DNA of 35,352 nt from Octopus sinensis. Taxonomy: Eukaryota. A program made the translations under genes and the position numbers. Within the stretch, counting starts at the first letter, position 1. Each line of letters begins with the position of its first letter. A model generated the notes under the pieces. That model was not told where the DNA came from, did no database searches, and worked only from the letters and a program-made list of their open reading frames with translations. Below are positions 20,004-32,857 of the stretch, piece after piece. Where the stretch lies: positions 1-35,352 of the forward strand of contig NW_021828084.1 of the NCBI RefSeq assembly GCF_006345805.1, written 5' to 3'.

Positions 20004-22408
20004 AAGTATACATGCAACTGTTGTGCATACACGTACACATTTTAATTATAAAGTATACATGCAACTGTTTGTGCATACACGTACACATTTTAATTATAAA
20101 GTATACATGCAACTGTTTGTGCATACACGTACACATTTTAATTATAAAGTATACATGCAACTGTTTGTGCATACACGTACACATTTTAATTATAAAGTAT
20201 ACATGCAACTGTTTGTGCATACACGTACACATTTTAATTATAAAGTATACATGCAACTGTTTGTGCATACACGTACACATTTTAATTATAAAGTATACAT
20301 GCAACTGTTTGTGCATACACGTACACATTTTAATTATAAAGTATACATGCAACTGTTTGTGCATACACGTACACATTTTAATTATAAAGTATACATGCAA
20401 CTGTTTGTGCATACACGTACACATTTTAATTATAAAGTATACATGCAACTGTTTGCGCATACACGTACACATTTTAATTATAAAGTATACATGCAACTGT
20501 TTGCGCATACACGTACACATTTTAATTATAAAGTATACATGCAACTGTTTGCGCATACACGTACACATTTTAATTATAAAGTATACATGCAACTGTTTGC
20601 GCATACACGTACACATTTTAATTATAAAGTATACATGCAACTGTTTGCGCATACACGTACACATTTAATTATAAAGGATACATGCAACTGTTTGCGCATA
20701 CACGTACATTTTAATTATAAAGTATACATGCAACTGTTTGCGCATACACGTACACATTTTAATTATAAAGTATACATGCAACTGTTTGCGCATACACGTA
20801 CACATTTTAATTATAAAGTATACATGCAACTGTTTGCGCATACACGTACACATTTTAATTATAAAGTATACATGCAACTGTTTGCGCATACACGTACACA
20901 TTTTAATTATAAAGTATACATGCAACTGTTTGTGCATACACGTACACACATTTTAATTATAAAGTATACATGTAACTGTTTGCGCATAGTACACGTACGT
21001 ACACATTTTAATTATATAAGTATACATGCAACTGTTTGCGCATACACGTACACATTTTAATTATAAAGTATACATGCAACTGTTTGCGCATACACGTACA
21101 CATTTTAATTATAAAGTATACATGCAACTGTTTGCGCATACACGTACACATTTTAATTATAAAGGATACATGCAACTGTTTGCGCATACACGTACACATT
21201 TTAATTATAAAGTATACATGCAACTGTTTGCGCATACACGTACACATTTTAATATAAAGTATACATGCAACTGTTTGCGCATACACGTACACATTTTAAT
21301 TAAAGTATACATGCAACTGTTTGCGCATACACTGTACACATTTTAATTATAAAGTATACATGTAACTGTTTGCGCATACACGTACACATTTTAATTATAA
21401 AGTATACATGCAACTGTTTGCGCATACACGTACACATTTTAATTATAAAGTATACATGCAACTGTTTTGCGCATACACGTACACATTTTAATTATAAAGT
21501 ATACATGCAACTGTTTGCGCATACACGTAAACACATTTTAATTATAAAGGATACATGCAACTGTTTGCGCTACACGTACACATTTTAATTATAAAGTAAC
21601 ATGCAACTGTTTGCGCATACACGTACACATTTTAATTATAAGTATACATGCAACTGTTTGCGCATACACGTACACTTTTAATTATAAAGTATACATGCAA
21701 CTGTTTGCGCATACACGTACACATTTTAATTATAAAGTATACATGCAACTGTTTGCGCATACACGTACACATTTTAATTATAAAGTATAATGCAACTGTT
21801 TGCGCATACACGTACACATTTTAATTATAAAGTATACATGCAACTGTTTGCGCATACACGTACACCATTTTAATTATAAAGTATACATGCAACTGTTTGC
21901 GCATACACGTACACATTTTAATTATAAAGTATACATGCAACTGTTTGCGCATACACGTACACATTTTAATTATAAAGTAACACATGCAACTGTTTGCGCA
22001 TACACGTACACATTTTAATTATAAAGTATACATGCAACTGTTTGCGCATACACGTACACATTTTAATTATAAAGTATACATGCAACTGTTTGCGCATACA
22101 CGTACACATTTTAATTATAAAGTATACATGCAACTGTTTGCGCATACACGTACACATTTTAATTATAAAGTATACATGCAACTGTTTGTGCATACACGTA
22201 CACATTTTAATTATAAAGTATACATGCAACTGTTTGTGCATACACGTACACATTTTAATTATAAAGTATACATGCAACTGTTTGTGCATACACGTACACA
22301 TTTTAATTATAAAGTATACATGCAACTGTTTGTGCATACACGTACACATTTTAATTATAAAGTATACATGCAACTGTTTGTGCATACACGTACACATTTA
22401 ATTTATAA
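20004..22408. repeat. 48-bp minisatellite, about 50 copies
   Basis: Unit AAGTATACATGCAACTGTTTG(T/C)GCATACACGTACACATTTTAATTATA. The ORF track shows a 16-aa period. Confidence 0.97.
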
Positions 22409-22765
22409 GCATAATAATGCTTACAACGCGCTCACACGTACACACAGAAAAAAAACCACGTTACGCGGACGAAAACAAAACAAAAACAAAGCGATTTTTC
22501 ACGAACAAACGCAAAAAAGAGAAAATTGGTCAGTGAATTTAGAAAGTCACTACACAGTTATGCCCGGAAACATGACTACCAAAAGAAATAGAGGCGAATT
22601 TCGATCTGTAAGTCTTATGCGAGTTCGATATGAACAATATATTAATTCGGAGAATTCAGAAGCGGTGTTTTGTCAAAAATTGACCCTGTCACCGTCACAG
22701 AACGCGTCTTGTCAAAAAGTTGACTCTGAAAAAATGGACCCCTCTGATGTCGCCGTCAATCATTA

Positions 22766-25700
22766 ATGAAAACAAGCCAAAAATCATGCCGGATCGGTCA
22801 TCGCCCGGGACAACAAGGACCCGTTACCCAGTAGGGAACCAGACTGGGGTCGAAAAGTTTGCTGCTGGAACAACTCTCAAAAGACGATCTACCAGGTGAC
22901 CAGAACCAGAATACTTCTAACTCTGGACTTGTAGTGACACCACCAAAAACACCACCTAAAGCAAAACGTATAAAATGGACCAGAGAGGACTATAGAGATG
23001 TGTTGAAAGCTTTTTATACAGCCCAACTAAACCCAAACAATAACCTCAGTGTACAAACATACATCTCATGGAGAAATTCAGTAGGCAATTACGCACGTAG
23101 ATATATAGACGCAAATAAATTAAGTAATGTACGCAGAGATATAATTAAAAACAAAAGACTAACTGACGCTGAAATTGACAAAATTAGGACACTAATAGCT
23201 CATGGTAGACCAAAAGAAAACAGCAACAATGTAGACGAAATAGGTAACAGTAGCACAGAAGCCGTGTACAAGCGGCAAATCAACTTCCCAATGGGGAAGT
23301 TAAACAAGAATAGCGAGGACGAGAGATTTGAAAAAAGAGGAGAACGTAGACCTTCCTCAAGAAAACCAAAATAGATATGACATAGAATTTGAGGTGAATA
23401 ATAGAGAAAAGATTATGGAAGCAAAAGTGGACATTATGAGAGAACTCGGCAAGATTGAGCTCACTGACATGGTTAATAGAGAACCACTACCAAAGTTTTC
23501 AAATGGCACAAGAAATAACAACACAATCATGACATATAACGTTGCCCTAGGACAGATCTTAAGAAATAAGGGGAATGATTTGACACCTTAAATAATCTCA
23601 TTTATTCCACTGCTAAAGTAGTAACTACCCAACTAGGTATTAAGATGACAAAGAAAAAGGCCAGGCATGTCAATGAACCTCCTAAGTGGAAAGTAGCGAT
23701 ACAAAAAGATTGAATCTCTGCGGGCGGATGTTTCAGTTCTCGATGAGCTTGCTAGAGGAGTGAATATTAAGCCGAGAAAAGCTAGAAAAATCAAGCAAAA
23801 ATATAAAATCAAAGATCTCATAAACCTCCCTGCAACTAAGGAACTGTTGAAACAACGGATACAATTGAAAGCTCAACGGCTTAGAAGGTATGACAAAAGA
23901 AACAAATTTTATCGACAATAAATTTTTTAAGACAGATGCAAAGAAATTTTATAGGGAAATTGGCAAAAATAAAATACACATAGAAGATCCACCTAAGATT
24001 GAGGAAGTGGAGGAGTTCTGGAAGAAGGTATGGAGCAACGAAAAAAAGTTTAATGCTGAGGCTGACTGGATAGAACGTGATAAATGGAAAACCCCAGGAC
24101 TGGATCGGATCCCTAACTTCTGGCTGAATTGTTTGACAGAGGTACACGAACATCTCGCTGCATCTCTGTCTGATGTCATTCAGAACCCAGAGCAAATACC
24201 TGCTTGGCTGACTGAAGGAACCATCTACCTATTACCTAAAACCGAAGACACAAAAAACCCAAAGAATTACCGGCCAATAACATGTCTCAACACCACCTAC
24301 AAAATCCTCACATCCATAATAACGGAGAGAATGTACGCTTTCCTTGAACAAAATTCTATCCTTCCACAAGCTCAAAAAGGTTGTAAAAGAAACTCTTATG
24401 GGTGCAAAGACCAATTGCTCATAAACAGAATGATTGTAGAGAATTGCCGGAGCAAAAACAAAAACTGAGTATGGCATGGATAGACTACAGGAAAGCGTAT
24501 GACAGTGTCCCACATAAATGGATACTCAAGGCCCTGAGATATACAAGATCTCCCCTGTCGTCTCAAAATTCTTAGAGAATAGCATGACCATGTGGAACAC
24601 ACGTCTCTTTCTAAGCCATAGTAATGGATGAGCCAGTCCAACAGCATCAACATCAAACGAGGCATCTTTCAAGGTGACTCCCTCTCCATTACTTTTTTGC
24701 ATGGCACTGATCCCACTCTCAAACGAATTGGATAGTGCCAGATATGGGTACAAAGTTTTTAGCAAGTTATAAACCACCTTTTTTATATGGACGATCTAAA
24801 GCTGTTTGCCAAGAATGACCAAGAGCTAGAAGGGCTGCTAACAACTGTTAAAGAGTTTAGCAATGATATCGGAATGGATTTTGGCCTTGATAAGTGTGCT
24901 AAAGCAACTTTTGTAAGAGGCAAGCTCAGGCAAACAGCTTCTGTTAAATTAGATATTGACACTACCATCAAGGAACTTGACCCACAAGAAAGCTACAAAT
25001 ACCTAGGAATCAACGAAGGAGATGGTATACATCATGCTACTATGAAGGAAAAAATAAGAAAGGAGTACTATAGGAGAATAAGGCTTGTACTGAAGACTGA
25101 ACTCAACTCCAAAAATTGCATTGAGGCCATTAACACCCTGGCACTTCCAGTAGTCCAGTACAGTTTTAACATCATTAACTAGAACCTTACGGACCTCCAA
25201 CGCTTGGACAGGAAGACAAGAAAGTTACTGACATCCAGGAGCATGCACCACCCTAAGGCAGATGTAGACCGCTTGTACCTACCTAGAAGCAGCGGGGGGA
25301 GAGGAATGATGCAATTGGAGCTGTGCTATAAGACCTCTACTGTAGGAATGAACAGGTACCTATCTAGTACAAAAGACTGGATGCTGCGACTTGTGTGTGA
25401 ACACGAAAGCAGCAAAAAGCTGCATTCTATTGTCAAGGAAGCTTATAAGTTCGAAGGGAACTAGGCATTAACCTTGAATCAGGTGAAGAGCCAGAAACCA
25501 CTGCTACCAAGCAAGCAAGCGAATCAGGCAGACGGCAAAAAAGAATGGGCAGAATCAAATTGAGAGCGGTGGAGCCAGAAGCCCCTGCATGGACAATACA
25601 TTCTCCGAAGCCAAAATGCTGATGTAGACCAGCAACAACCCATCAGTGGCTGAAGAGTTCTGGATTGAAAGCAGAGACTGAAGGCTTCATAATGGCAGCA

Positions 25701-26486
25701 CAAGATCAAAGCTTGTTTACCCAGAAATACCAGGCTAACGTTCTCCGAAACGGTACTGATCCTAAATGCAGATTCTGTGACACATTTGACGAAACAATAG
25801 ACCATCTCGTTTCGGGATGTCCTGTGCTGACACCAAACGAATACAAAAATCGCCACGATAGGGTAGGACAGTATATACATTGGAAGATATGTAAACACTA
25901 CAAATCCGACACTCCTGCTAACTGGTATGAACACAATCCTCAGCCAGTTGTTGAAGGTAAAGATGTCACCATCCTCTGGGATTTTCCAGTCAACACTGAC
26001 AGAACGATCAAGGCTAATCGACCAGACATAATTGTTAAAGACAGGGAAGAAAATACCTGCAGACTAATAGAAGTAAGTGTCCCCACTGATAAAAATGTAT
26101 CTGTCAAGGAATTTGACAAACTTAGTAAATATAAGGACCTGGAAATCGAAATACAGAGGATGTGGAATCTTAAAACAAAAACTGTTCCTGTTATTGTAGG
26201 TGCCCTAGGTATGATAAAAAGGGATGTCAGAAACACCTAGACAATATCCCTGGAAAACCATGTCTCAAGGAAATCCAAAGATTGTGCTAACAAGTACTGC
26301 CACATCCTTAGAAAAACCCTATCAATGTAAATGTTTGTGTTTGTATTACATGGAGGATATTTCTCTACTTCCCCTCCCCAAGCTTTCAGCTATTTTCAAC
26401 AACTCTTAACCTTCACTTGCCTAGGGCGCTGGGTGTGCCCCGGCAAGTGATTGCATCAAACATGCAGATTAAAAGTAAATGACAAA

Positions 26487-26487
<1 letters not shown>
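22766..26487 (+). mobile_element. Decayed near-full-length R4/Dong-like non-LTR retrotransposon (RT plus restriction-like endonuclease), antisense in Src intron 1
   Basis: N-terminal KRIKWTREDY..W motif. RT motifs NYRPITCL, QKGC..GCKDQL, WIDYRKAYDSVPH, GIFQGDSL, FYMDD (24781-95), YKYLG. CCHC knuckle CRFC..ETIDHLVSGC, then RHD, RPDI, IEVSVP and K..KY. ORF ends ILRKTLSM* at 26330, then 3'UTR, then (TAA)n. Many stops and frameshifts. The 5' boundary is uncertain and may extend to about 22420. Confidence 0.92.
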
Positions 26488-26518
<31 letters not shown>

Positions 26519-26984
26519 TGATAAGCGGGGACCCGGTAGTCTGGTGGGTAAAGGCACGGGTATTAAGACACACAGGATGTGCTGAACACCTGCATCAAGA
26601 TTCAAGTACTGTCCTGGAGCCCACAAAAGAGAAATTTTATGCCCTGATCCAATCCCAGGCAGTGGTTCTCGTTGCTTCTGATCTTAATTGATTGGAAGTG
26701 TTATCATGTACGTTGTTTTGTCTTGGTATAAAAGATGGGTTTTACAGCAAATATTCTGCTCAATACCACAGATTTGCTTGTCAGTAGTATGACCATAACC
26801 AGTTGACCATGTCCCTAAGTGGCTGACGATATGTGCATCTCTGATCACGAGCAGAAGTAGTCGGGGTGCATCATAGCCATGTGTTGAGAGGGATTCTTTG
26901 GGGTCGATATAATCGACTTAATCCGTTTGTCTGTCCTTGTTTGTCCCCTCTATGTTTAGCCCCTTGTGGGCAATAAAGAAATAC

Positions 26985-27011
26985 GAAACTGAGAGAAGCC
27001 TGTCGTGTGTG

Positions 27012-27083
<72 letters not shown>

Positions 27084-27360
27084 ATGTATATATATTATGT
27101 GTGTTGTGTGTGTGTGTGTGTGTGTGTGGTGTGTATGCGTGTGTGTATCTGTGTCTCTTTCCCCAGTACTGCTTGACAACCGGTCTTGGTGGGTTTACAT
27201 CCCCCGTAACTTAGCGGTTCGGCAAAAGAGCCAGATGGGAAAGGTACAAAGCTGAAAAAAAAAATAAATATGTGCTAGGGTCAACTCCTTCGACCAAAAA
27301 AAGTTTTTTTTATAAGCGGTGCCCCAGCATGACCGCAATCTAACGACTGAAACATGTAAA
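26985..27360 (+). mobile_element. Degenerate family A SINE, just 3' (in transcript sense) of the exon 1 donor
   Basis: GAAACTGAGAGAAGCCTGTCG, microsatellite, GCTTGACAACCGG..CCCGTAACTTAGCGGTTCGGCAAAAGAG..GCGGTGCCCCAGCATGACCGC. Confidence 0.8.
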
Positions 27361-27398
27361 CAATAAACGATAAGAGGAAGCAAGCGGATGGTGCAAAC

Positions 27399-27522
27399 CT
27401 TGTGTGTCCGGTGCTGGGGGGTATGGTGTGTATCGATTAAGCTTTTGATTGTTCAGTGCAGCATCAGTGATTTTGCCTGGCAGCAGACGTGGTCGGGGTC
27501 TTTTCGGACAGAAGTTGCCCAT
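27399..27522 (-). CDS. Src-family kinase coding exon 1 (SH4/unique region; the exon starts at 27562 with 40 nt of 5'UTR)
   Basis: Reads MGNFCPKRPRPRLLPGKITDAALNNQKLNRYTPYPPAPDTQ. Acceptor ttctaatttctccAG at 27564-27563, aaaaaATGG start, donor CAAG|GTTTGC. 124 nt, phase 1, matching the next exon. Gly2, Cys5 and a basic patch are typical of a Src SH4 domain. The donor is weaker than the others. Confidence 0.8.
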
Positions 27523-27964
27523 TTTTTAAAATGCTTTTGCTGGTGAGGTCGTTAAAGCGATTCTGGAGAAATTAGAATAAAATAAAAAAATATCATTAAT
27601 GAAAAAAGAAACAAATCAAATATACATACATACATATAATTATATATATATACATACATACGTATAATTGTATATATATATATATATATACATGCATGCA
27701 TATATATATATATTATTAAATAAAATAAACATATGCATATATATAAACATATATGTACGTACCCACCTCTACATGTACATATACACGCATATATGAGTAC
27801 AGGACACCAAAAGGACGTCGAACACAATGAGAAACGAAAACATAGACACAAACCAAAGAACTGGACATTTTTTTAAAACAACAAAAAAATAGAGTACAGA
27901 CAATTAACACAAAGAAAAAACCCCTTCTTCAGTCGCTATGGTTTCCTACTCTACGTTTCGAAGG

Positions 27965-28088
<124 letters not shown>

Positions 28089-28372
28089 GATATATATATA
28101 TATCACATCCATCCATCCATACACACACACACACATACATAATAGTGTATCTTATGATTTTAGAAATTTTGAGAAAATGTTGAGTATTTCTTATCTTTTT
28201 TTTGAATCTTGAAACTCGAAGCAGATAAGGCTATAAAAACAGCTTGTCCATATTTAGTTAAAAAGAACTTAGGTTACACACACACACACACACACACACA
28301 TACATATATAATTTTAAAAAGATACGACTTTTTTCTCAAAGTCGACGAAATGAGGAGTAGTAGACAACCGAC

Positions 28373-28410
<38 letters not shown>

Positions 28411-28416
28411 TATATA

Positions 28417-28449
<33 letters not shown>

Positions 28450-28986
28450 ATATATATGTGTGGTGTGTGTGTGTGTATATATGTATGTATGTGTGTGTGT
28501 GTAATATGTATGTATATGTGTGGTATGTATATACTATATATATATATATGTTATTTACTATTTATTATTTAATTGAATGCGAAGCATACATCTTCAAGTA
28601 AGTTTATCTTCACCTTTTTGATGCGACTCTCTACTCTATACAGTTTTCTTCCTCCATCCTTCTCTAATTCCCCCTTCTCCCCTCCCTCTTCCACAGTTTT
28701 CTATCTGTCTCTGTCTCTCTCTCTCTCCTCATTCTCTTTTCTCTCTCTAGTTGCTCACACGTGACCATCGCCCATCTTTCCTTTTCTCACGTGGCCATCT
28801 TTTTCCTGCACGGACGTTCAAAAGAACGGACGTGTTTTTCTCTCTCTCTTCTATATTTTCTCTAAAAAGAAAATGTTTCTCCCAGCCTTCACTATTTTCC
28901 TCTTGTTCTGGTCTAACGACCCTCCATATTTGTTTTCGTTTGGCCTCCACTGTCTTGTTTTTGTTTCAAACTTTGACCCTCCATGA

Positions 28987-29437
28987 TTTACAATCCTGTA
29001 AATACTAATAATGGTATTTTTATATAAGCTTAAGGCGATCACCGTGCAATGATTAAGGTAAGTAGTCTAATAAAGGGGCGTATAAGCCCCTCCACAGAAA
29101 AAGGAAGGCTTTCCTACCCGTGTGTGACTCGAACCCACATCTTTTTGTTAACGCGACCTTTACACCAGCGAATCAGCTTCCCTTTTTCTGTCAAATTTAA
29201 GAACTATATATTAGTTCGTATTTGCTTATATGTAAACAAATTTCCTATATGCTTTTGGTGCGAATGTTTTTTTTTATTACGGCACCGTTTTTACAATCCT
29301 GTAAATAATAATAATGGTATTTTTATATAAGCTGAAAGCTTATGGCGATCACCGTGCAATGACTAAGGAAAATAATCTAATAAAGGGGCATATAAGCCCT
29401 CAACAGAAAAAAAGAAGGTCTTCCTATCCGCGTGTGT
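28987..29437. repeat. Diverged about 140-bp direct repeat (28987-29126 and 29290-29437)
   Basis: TTTACAATCCTGTAAATA.TAATAATGGTATTTTTATATAAGCT..GGCGATCACCGTGCAATGA.TAAGG..CTAATAAAGGGGC.TATAAGCCC is present twice. Confidence 0.88.
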
Positions 29438-29797
29438 GTGTGTGTGTATATCATGTATGTATGAGCGTTCGTATATGTAAGTATAACGTATGTTCTGTGT
29501 ATATATATCTGTATTTATGTGGTATATTCAACTGAAGAAGACAGAGCTTCTCTGAAGCAAAGCCAGAAATCCAGGATCTTGAATTATCCAGTAAAATAGT
29601 ATTTTTTTGCTAGTTTATTTTGTCTCTCTGTCTTATCTCGTGGCGCGATATGAACTTCTAAGGTGGTTTTAGGGTCAGGGTTTTGACTGCTATTTCAGCT
29701 TGGTGGTATCTCTCAGATACCCTAATTTATAATTTTATATATATGTATATATATATATAGATATATATATATATATATATATATATCTATATATATA

Positions 29798-29837
<40 letters not shown>

Positions 29838-30410
29838 GTATATGTATGTATTATGTTTTGTGTGTGTGTGTGAGTGTATTGAAGAGTTTGATGATTAATG
29901 TACCAATTCATTTATTTATTTATTAATTTTTCCAACTGTACTTTGTGCAACTTTATTTGTTTTAATTGCTTTAGGAATTTTGTCTATTGTGTGTTTAAGT
30001 GTGTAATAAAAAGTCGGCAAAGCGATCATTTTACTGACCAAGCTGACGCCGAGAGAAGCTGTTCGGACCGGAGAAGAAATTTTATTCCACTTAACTGTCT
30101 CTACATCTGAGAACGGATATCTATTATCTTTTACTTGTTTCAGTCATTAGACTGTGGCCATGCTGGGGTACCACGTCGAAAAATTTTTGTAGTCGAACGA
30201 ATCGACTCCAGTACTTGATTTTTTCAGCTTTATACTTTTTCTATTGGTCTCTTTTCCTCCCACAAAACGTTGCCCTTGTGGCAAAATTTGAAACCATTAT
30301 TATTATTATCATTACTATTACTAGCATGCCCGCGTCTTCAAAAATACCAACACTTTTATTAATATATAATATATATATATATATATTATATATATATATA
30401 TATATATAAT

Positions 30411-30448
<38 letters not shown>

Positions 30449-30457
30449 TATATGAGG

Positions 30458-30688
30458 GCACTCCGTCGGTTACGACGACGAGGGTTCCAGCTGATACGAT
30501 CAGCAGAACAGCTTGCTCGTGAAATTTACGTGCAAGTGGCAGAGCAATCCACAGACACGTAACCCTTAACGTAGTTCTCAGGGCTATTCAGAGTGTGACA
30601 AGGTCGGCCCTTTGAAATACAAGTACTACAGGTACTTTTGCAGCTAAGTGGACAGGAGCAACGTGAAATAAAGTCTCTTGCTCAACGA

Positions 30689-30749
<61 letters not shown>

Positions 30750-30870
30750 TGCGTGGCTTAGTGGTTAGGGCATTTGGCTCACAATTGTAAGGTCGTGAGT
30801 TCAACTCCCGGCAACGCGTTGTTTCCTTGAGCAAGAGACTTTATTTCACGTTGCTCCTGTCCACTTAGCT
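30458..30870. mobile_element. Rearranged SINE of the 34775 family: 3' part on minus (30458-30691), 5' part on plus (30748-30870)
   Basis: The two pieces overlap in a 44-bp perfect inverted repeat (30642-30685 / 30827-30870). Confidence 0.85.
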
Positions 30871-30884
30871 ATATATATAATATA

Positions 30885-31063
30885 GGGAGAGTTTACGAAA
30901 ACAAAAAACAAAAGACGAAGACAGGTGGTGTGCAAAACAAACAGATGTATTAGTATAACGCTCAGGAATAGAAAAAGTCTTTTACGTTTCGGGTCTAAGC
31001 TCTTCTACAGAAAGGGACACAGAAAAAACGAGAGAAAAAAATGTGTGTAGTGGCTAACGACCT

Positions 31064-31067
<4 letters not shown>
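30885..31067 (-). mobile_element. Copy of the 5384-5590 repeat family
   Basis: Same blocks as 14691-14880. Ends GTAGTGGCTAACGACCTATCAT, like 5717-5737. Confidence 0.75.
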
Positions 31068-31112
<45 letters not shown>

Positions 31113-31157
31113 TATATATATATACATACATGCATGCATACATACATACATACATCA

Positions 31158-31188
<31 letters not shown>

Positions 31189-31301
31189 CCATACATACAT
31201 ACATACAATACATACATACATACATACATACATACGGAGTTTCTATTTCGCAAATCTACTCACAAGGCTTTAGTCAGCCCTACGATATAGTAGAAGAATA
31301 T

Positions 31302-31353
<52 letters not shown>

Positions 31354-31354
31354 T

Positions 31355-31390
<36 letters not shown>

Positions 31391-31394
<4 letters not shown>

Positions 31395-32150
31395 AGACCC
31401 TGCGCTACCAGGATCCAAAACTTAATATTAAACTTACAGGATACACCGGTCCACAGGGAATTTCAATCCCAAAGCCTTAGTCTGTGAGGGACCTGGGTAT
31501 CGACATGAGTGATGATACCTCTTTCCAAGTGCACATTACCAGGATGGCGACAAAGCGCAGACGACTGACTGGATGGATCCTAAGAACATTCAGAACCAGA
31601 GATAAGGAAACCATGATGGTCCTCTGGCGGACATTCGTCCTCAGCCGCCTGGTTTACTGCTCACAGCTATGGTCATCCACCAGTGTGAAATTAACAGCGG
31701 ACCTTGAAGCAATCCAGAGACGATTCACAAAGAAGATCGTCTTTTTGCAACAGCTCAGCTACTGGGAAAGGTTGAAACAGCTAAGACTCTACTCCCTGGA
31801 GAGACGACGGGAGAGGTATGCAGTAATATATGTCTGGAAGATCCTGGAAGGAATTGTGCTAAATTTTAGCATTGTAAGCTACACCAATGCTAGAACGGGA
31901 CGACACTGTACAGTGCCAAAGATCCCAGCAATGCCATCACGCTCCAGGACCAGCTACTGCAACACCCTGGGTTTCAAGGGCCCACAGCTCTTTAATATTC
32001 TCCCAAAGAGTCTGAGGAACTTGTACAAAGTAGATGTAGCGGTTTTTAAATCAAAGCTGGACATCTTCCTGTCGAGAGTGCAAATGAGAGTAGCTATATC
32101 AAACTCCATTCTTCACCAAGTGCCATATATTAGAAGAGGCTCTTCGTAAT
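31391..32150 (+). mobile_element. CR1-clade LINE 3' fragment (RT thumb region)
   Basis: Reads VRDLGI..F..HI..GWILRTF..LW..VLSRLVYCSQLWS..LEAIQRRFTK..LSYWERLKQLRLYSLERRRER..FKSKLD.FL. Confidence 0.9.
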
Positions 32151-32819
32151 AACAGTGTAGCACAAAACGGCGGTGCATCAGCATGGCCGCAACTCTGAAC
32201 TGAATATATATATATATATAATATTATATATATATATATATATAATAGCGGTTCGGTATAGGGAACCGATAGGATAAGTGCAAGGCTTAAAAAAAGCAAA
32301 AAGCAATGAGGTCAATAGGTTTAAGTGAAAACTCTTGAAGGCGGTGCCCCAGCATAGGCGCGCAGTCTAATAACTGAAACTTGTAGAAGACAAAAGATAG
32401 TGGCACTTATTTCCTTCAGATGTTTTTTGCATTTTTTTTTCTCTCCACTTTCCTGATCCAGTTTCAAGGAGTTCACGCGAAGAGGCAAGAAAAAAAAAAA
32501 CAAGAAGAAAAAAAACCTATTCCAAACACGGATATACATTTTTATTGGTTGTATATTGTCTTCTGCTATTGTTTTTTTTTTGTTTTATGTTGTTTTATGT
32601 TGTTTTCTAAAGCACTCCCGACTGACGTATTGAAACGACTTCTCACTCGGTCGAGAAGTAGTCGAGAAGGTTCGGCCGTCTACGCTTAACTCCGGACAAA
32701 TAATCGTGAGACTTCGGTAGTTTTCTAGGTCTCAGATTGTTTTTGCTTGTGTGCGTGAGAAATTGTGTATATGTGTGTGAGTGTGTATGTTTGTGTGTGC
32801 ATGTGTGTGTGTGTGTGCG

Positions 32820-32854
<35 letters not shown>

Positions 32855-32857
32855 ATT

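Noticed and set aside
20004-22408. CRISPR-like array, or the 200-345 aa repetitive ORFs in the 48-bp repeat
   Set aside because: Units are contiguous with no unique spacers, there are no cas genes, and the context is a eukaryotic intron. The ORFs arise because 48 is divisible by 3 and some frames lack stops.
22410-22860. HDV-like ribozyme or defined 5'UTR of the R4/Dong-like LINE
   Set aside because: I could not identify the nested double pseudoknot by eye. The ATAATAAT at 22411 is too short to fix the 5' end.
29990-32760. CpG-richer patches (about 30010-30120 and 32600-32740) as the Src promoter or first exon
   Set aside because: No clear minus-strand donor or other support; needs transcript data.
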